Shown: piece after piece, positions 61,501 to 64,000 of the stretch
Layout: each line of letters opens with the position of its first letter
How positions within the stretch are numbered: position 1 is the stretch's first letter
Assembly: GCA_902632605.1 (NCBI GenBank)
Contig: CACPDB010000001.1
Span: 137,090 to 201,089 of the forward strand
DNA from: an uncultured SAR86 cluster bacterium
Lineage (GTDB): Bacteria; Pseudomonadota; Gammaproteobacteria; Magnimaribacterales; AG-339-G14
Length of the DNA: 64,000 bases
Reading direction: 5' to 3'
Position numbers and translations under genes: made by a program
The notes under the pieces: generated by a model
The model's input: the letters and a program-made list of their open reading frames with translations, nothing else
The model's database searches: none
Told to the model about the DNA's origin: nothing

Positions 61501-64000
61501 AAAAGGGGAATTTTATAGAACCGGCTCCGCCAATTTCACTTATTTGATAGATGAAGATATTACGAGCAAAGGAGCTTCAGATAGGGTTATTGGTGATTTT
61601 TCAACTGGCGTTGCGGGTACAACCTATAGTTTAGGCGGAACAAATCAAACTTATTTCAGTATAGATTCTTCAGGTATTTTGAGGATTGACGATTGTATGA
61701 TGTGTGAAGCCACCATCAGAGTTAATGAAGAAGCAACCGGATCTAATCCGACCGTACCTGCACAAAATTTCATTTTAGATTTGGAAGTCATAGCCTCTAT
61801 TCCAGGTGAAGGCAACGTAAGTAGCGGGAACTTTACATTAAAAGGTAAGAATGTTGAGGCCAACGAAAATCTGGTGATGAAATTTGCCAGTGGTTACAGC
61901 AGTAAGACTCACAATTTTCAGGGAGCTAATCCGTTTACTGCAATAGCTACTCGTAATTCCAGTGGAACTGGTGGCTTAAACAACGCAGTAGTCACTGAAT
62001 CGGTTTTAACGGTAGCCGATCGAGTTAGCAGTCCGCATATAGCCTCAGCCAACGATGAGTTTTATACGCGCTATGGTCAAAATGGTGGTAAATCTTATTA
62101 TCGAACTAGCACAAGATCTAACGGCGATAACGAACACGGTACCGAAATTTTGGATTTTGAATATTGGTTCCCAATTGATTCCAATGCCCACTCTGGAAAC
62201 GTCACTGCTCGACAGTATGCTCCTATGTCCGATTTAGCTGCTGCTTGGGATGACCGAAGACCCACTAGAGAAGAGGCTAAATATGCTTGCTTGGACTCCG
62301 GACAAGGTTGTGGTGGTGGGACCACCGAAGTCGACATAAATGGAAATTGGACTTCTACCACAGAAGGTTCCAATTTTTCTGGTTATACAGTCACACAAAG
62401 AAATTTTAGCCGATCTGTGGATAATCTTTTGAATGCCAACGCGAATGGTTCGTCCACAGGAAACGGAACAGGAACCAATACTCTTTTGGGTGAGTACAAT
62501 CAAGGCTTTGGTGGGACTAACAATAATTACGTTTCAGAATTTGAAATCGTGGCTCTACCTGAAACTTTTAAGTATTTTGGCCAATCTTTTTCTCACATTT
62601 ATGTAAATGAAAATGGATTTTTAACTTTCGGTAATGGTGGCGCTAATTCTAATAAACCATGGCACCAAGTAAATCTTTCGCAAGCGCCAGCTGCGCATAA
62701 CGGTGGTGGTAGGCCTTTGATGTATTTGCATGAGTCGGGTTCCTATACCGCTATTAACGGCAACGGCAATACTTTTCCCGATGGCTATCAACTACCTGAC
62801 GTTTATGGAAAACCTGGAACAACCCATGCAGATAATCTGGATAACACGATCTTTGCTCTCTGGAATGACTACTATACAGATAGTGTCAACAATAATTGGT
62901 CAATACGTCAATTATGGAATAGTACGACAAAAATCCTTACCATTGGTTGGTACAACATCAGAAGTTATAGCCAGTCGAATAATAATGCGGAAGCCAACTT
63001 CGAAGTCCAGTTAGATTTCAATGACGACTCTTTCCGAATCGTTCATGGAGATTTTGGAAATAGTTTCCCGCATCAATCAGCAAATAATGCATTTGTTGGT
63101 ATTTCTAAAGACGTCTCTTGTGCAACAAATGGTGAAGACATTTCCATGTGTGAGGGAAAAGATTACATCCAGCTTTATTTTCACGATAACCATTTTGGCA
63201 AATATGAAAGCCCATCGCCTCAATATGATACTTTTCAAAATCCGGATGGAAATAATACGCCCAGTAGCATCGACCATATGTGGAACTCCTATTTTACCAA
63301 TTCTCAAACTGTTAATGGGACAAAATATTGTTATTCCACTGACTTAAACTTAAGTTCAACCTCTTGTGCCAGCTCTTATAATCAAAATCAAGCCAAGGCT
63401 GGTACTCATTTTAGTTTTGTTCCTCAAGGTACGGGCGGAGTAAAAAATGTTCTTCTGCCTTCGGACATTAAACAATCTTATCGTTCCGGTCGGATGGCAG
63501 AATTCATGTGGATGCATTTGGATAAAGATCCAACCACTTTGGTTTACACGCCGCCAGCAAACAATGCAACCGGTTTTGATGCTGCAGGACCCAATTCTCG
63601 AGACGGCGTAACCGGTGGCTCGCTGAGTGCAGGAAGTGCAATCACGCATACCACGGCACTTGATGAGATTGTCATTGCAGGGGAGGTTTACGCCAACAGA
63701 AAGCTAGAAAGTTTCTTAGGCAATGCCAAGAAGGTAGTTGCCTACGCACCCATTCCTTTGTTGCACACCAACAAATACGAATTGCCACAACTTACAACAA
63801 ATCACAGCTATGGTCCTTGGTACGATGATCGATACAAACGTGTCCACACCATTATGCCGCCCTTTATTTCCACCGATTATATGGAAAGCAAAGACAACGG
63901 TACGGATGCCAATTTTGATTTCCACCAATTGAACGATAACAGTTATTTCAAAGGCAACATCCACGGTATTGTCTACAATACCATTGGTTCCACTTTTAAT
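58544..64000 (+). CDS. Giant surface protein (at least 1819 aa, 3'-truncated): FecR-like domain, acidic linker, cadherin repeats, NIDO-like domain
   Basis: Same frame at the start, at 59222 and at the window end, with no stop seen. Motifs DGT.FTIGPNS.V.LDKFVYNP and ATVGIRGG (FecR-like), LDFE/LDYE (cadherin) and F.YFG......YVNENGFLTFG (NIDO-like). Confidence 0.85.
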   Translation, partial: MKIKIKFLSHQSTKNIFIKLFVTLVGLSAGLLAYTQEEIGVAAAVNTTTTDNFYDPSGMFAERRLVDEGYKIIQNRTIETDEKGKAQMILIDGTAFTIGPNSKVILDKFVYNPETNDGFLEMQATGLLRLVGGKVTKKNAATINTSVATVGIRGGIVIVDSDAETTSAAFVYGQEMEVIPLNNQDGRTLLTEDGFVVEVNDPYDDIDTPELLTAEALASYSASLEGSEEEEEESESESEDESEEEEEESEEESEESEEEPEESEEESEEESEESEESEEESEESEEESTEEESTEEESTEEESTEEESAEEQSEDSGDGESSDGDSESESSDEQAPAEDSGSDDSAQEDTPDSEKSEDGPALEKEEGETEQPRSSDTTSSDESTTPIETEDDKPAADSETPDVDRQEGSGEVDLNNEFSEVSEKEEPEIVIDEDSLLTDSGISDNSSNVAPDQLTTSDDIGGELGASDLFEVEQEEEEPAEETADEVQDTTSETVQQEAIEEKMSANVSVRADSFIESSPKNTLVATTAVEGQGMTYALEDDFGVFKVNRRGKIKTKDFLDFETNEKYDLVLLVTNKRGETIRVPFTINIADVSELSATSSVRATNYHEGTTSVNTIVADINPVSDETPSYEITGEGKEYFRINKNGKIKLDKAFDSTDRKVFNLVVKVTAGTETVDVPLKIDVLENIAPDFTTACQSSCSLAESAATGTVVINSSRTDTDIDDLTYSLENNFGNKFAINQDTGQVTLNSALDYESTNSYTLNVIATDSKGITKNRSSTFNVTDVAVGYSGTLASASKAENIATGTVILNSSLSGSFSNPTYSLSGGNNKFAINSSTGQVTLANALDYETATSHSFTVTAQAGGETQSQNFTLNVSDINLGFSGSLASASKAENVATGTVILNSTVSNFSNPTYSLSGGNNKFAINSSTGQVTLANALDYETATSHTFTVTAAAGGETQSQNFTLNVDNITYTVSAPASTTSSFVKKGEFYRTGSANFTYLIDEDITSKGASDRVIGDFSTGVAGTTYSLGGTNQTYFSIDSSGILRIDDCMMCEATIRVNEEATGSNPTVPAQNFILDLEVIASIPGEGNVSSGNFTLKGKNVEANENLVMKFASGYSSKTHNFQGANPFTAIATRNSSGTGGLNNAVVTESVLTVADRVSSPHIASANDEFYTRYGQNGGKSYYRTSTRSNGDNEHGTEILDFEYWFPIDSNAHSGNVTARQYAPMSDLAAAWDDRRPTREEAKYACLDSGQGCGGGTTEVDINGNWTSTTEGSNFSGYTVTQRNFSRSVDNLLNANANGSSTGNGTGTNTLLGEYNQGFGGTNNNYVSEFEIVALPETFKYFGQSFSHIYVNENGFLTFGNGGANSNKPWHQVNLSQAPAAHNGGGRPLMYLHESGSYTAINGNGNTFPDGYQLPDVYGKPGTTHADNLDNTIFALWNDYYTDSVNNNWSIRQLWNSTTKILTIGWYNIRSYSQSNNNAEANFEVQLDFNDDSFRIVHGDFGNSFPHQSANNAFVGISKDVSCATNGEDISMCEGKDYIQLYFHDNHFGKYESPSPQYDTFQNPDGNNTPSSIDHMWNSYFTNSQTVNGTKYCYSTDLNLSSTSCASSYNQNQAKAGTHFSFVPQGTGGVKNVLLPSDIKQSYRSGRMAEFMWMHLDKDPTTLVYTPPANNATGFDAAGPNSRDGVTGGSLSAGSAITHTTALDEIVIAGEVYANRKLESFLGNAKKVVAYAPIPLLHTNKYELPQLTTNHSYGPWYDDRYKRVHTIMPPFISTDYMESKDNGTDANFDFHQLNDNSYFKGNIHGIVYNTIGSTFN
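59222..59475 (+). repeat. Glu/Ser coding tandem repeats
   Basis: Includes (GAAGAAGAATCTACA)x4 plus one variant at 59396-59470 and GAAGAR/TCA units. Confidence 0.9.
60997..61443 (+). repeat. 276-bp-period intragenic duplication (cadherin repeats)
   Basis: 60997-61106 is identical to 61273-61382; a second identical block spans about 61130-61167 and 61406-61443. Confidence 0.9.

Noticed and set aside
48594-64000. Genomic island or prophage integrated at tRNA-Gly (or the other tRNAs)
   Set aside because: No integrase, no duplicated tRNA 3' end seen, and core genes (dapE, glcB) follow.

Overview
AT-rich, densely packed chromosome segment from a streamlined marine gammaproteobacterium, probably SAR86-like. 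That placement is inferred from Pseudomonadales-type synteny with genes missing, a proteorhodopsin, an alternative oxidase and many lipid-catabolism genes. Core content: lysS, an lva-like acyl-CoA dehydrogenase/kinase module, mdh, nrdAB, glpK, argF, serA, ung, the rpoE-rseA-degP-lepA-lepB-rnc-era-recO-acpS-adk-tsaB-uppP operon, hsp20, plsB, yajC-secDF, suhB, trmJ, glnK-amtB, a TonB receptor, MATE, proteorhodopsin, sirtuin, AOX, dapE, glcB, three tRNAs, and a giant FecR/cadherin surface protein that runs off the window and is absent from the ORF track. The best candidate new system is a nitrogen-control cassette hidden between secF and suhB on the minus strand. It has a glutamine-I (glnA-motif) riboswitch whose P2 stem is also a perfect NtrC-type operator. 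It drives a 55-aa peptide with three YRG motifs (the same tripeptide as the PII/GlnK T-loop) and a 30-aa membrane microprotein, about 2 kb from glnK-amtB, which carries matching boxes. Other highlights: an exported protein resembling animal FABP/retinoid-binding proteins, a DARS-like DnaA-box trio before ung, a candidate sRNA convergent on proteorhodopsin, an anti-SD tract in the amtB 3'UTR, and a ROSE thermometer. All calls were made by eye, with no database searches.
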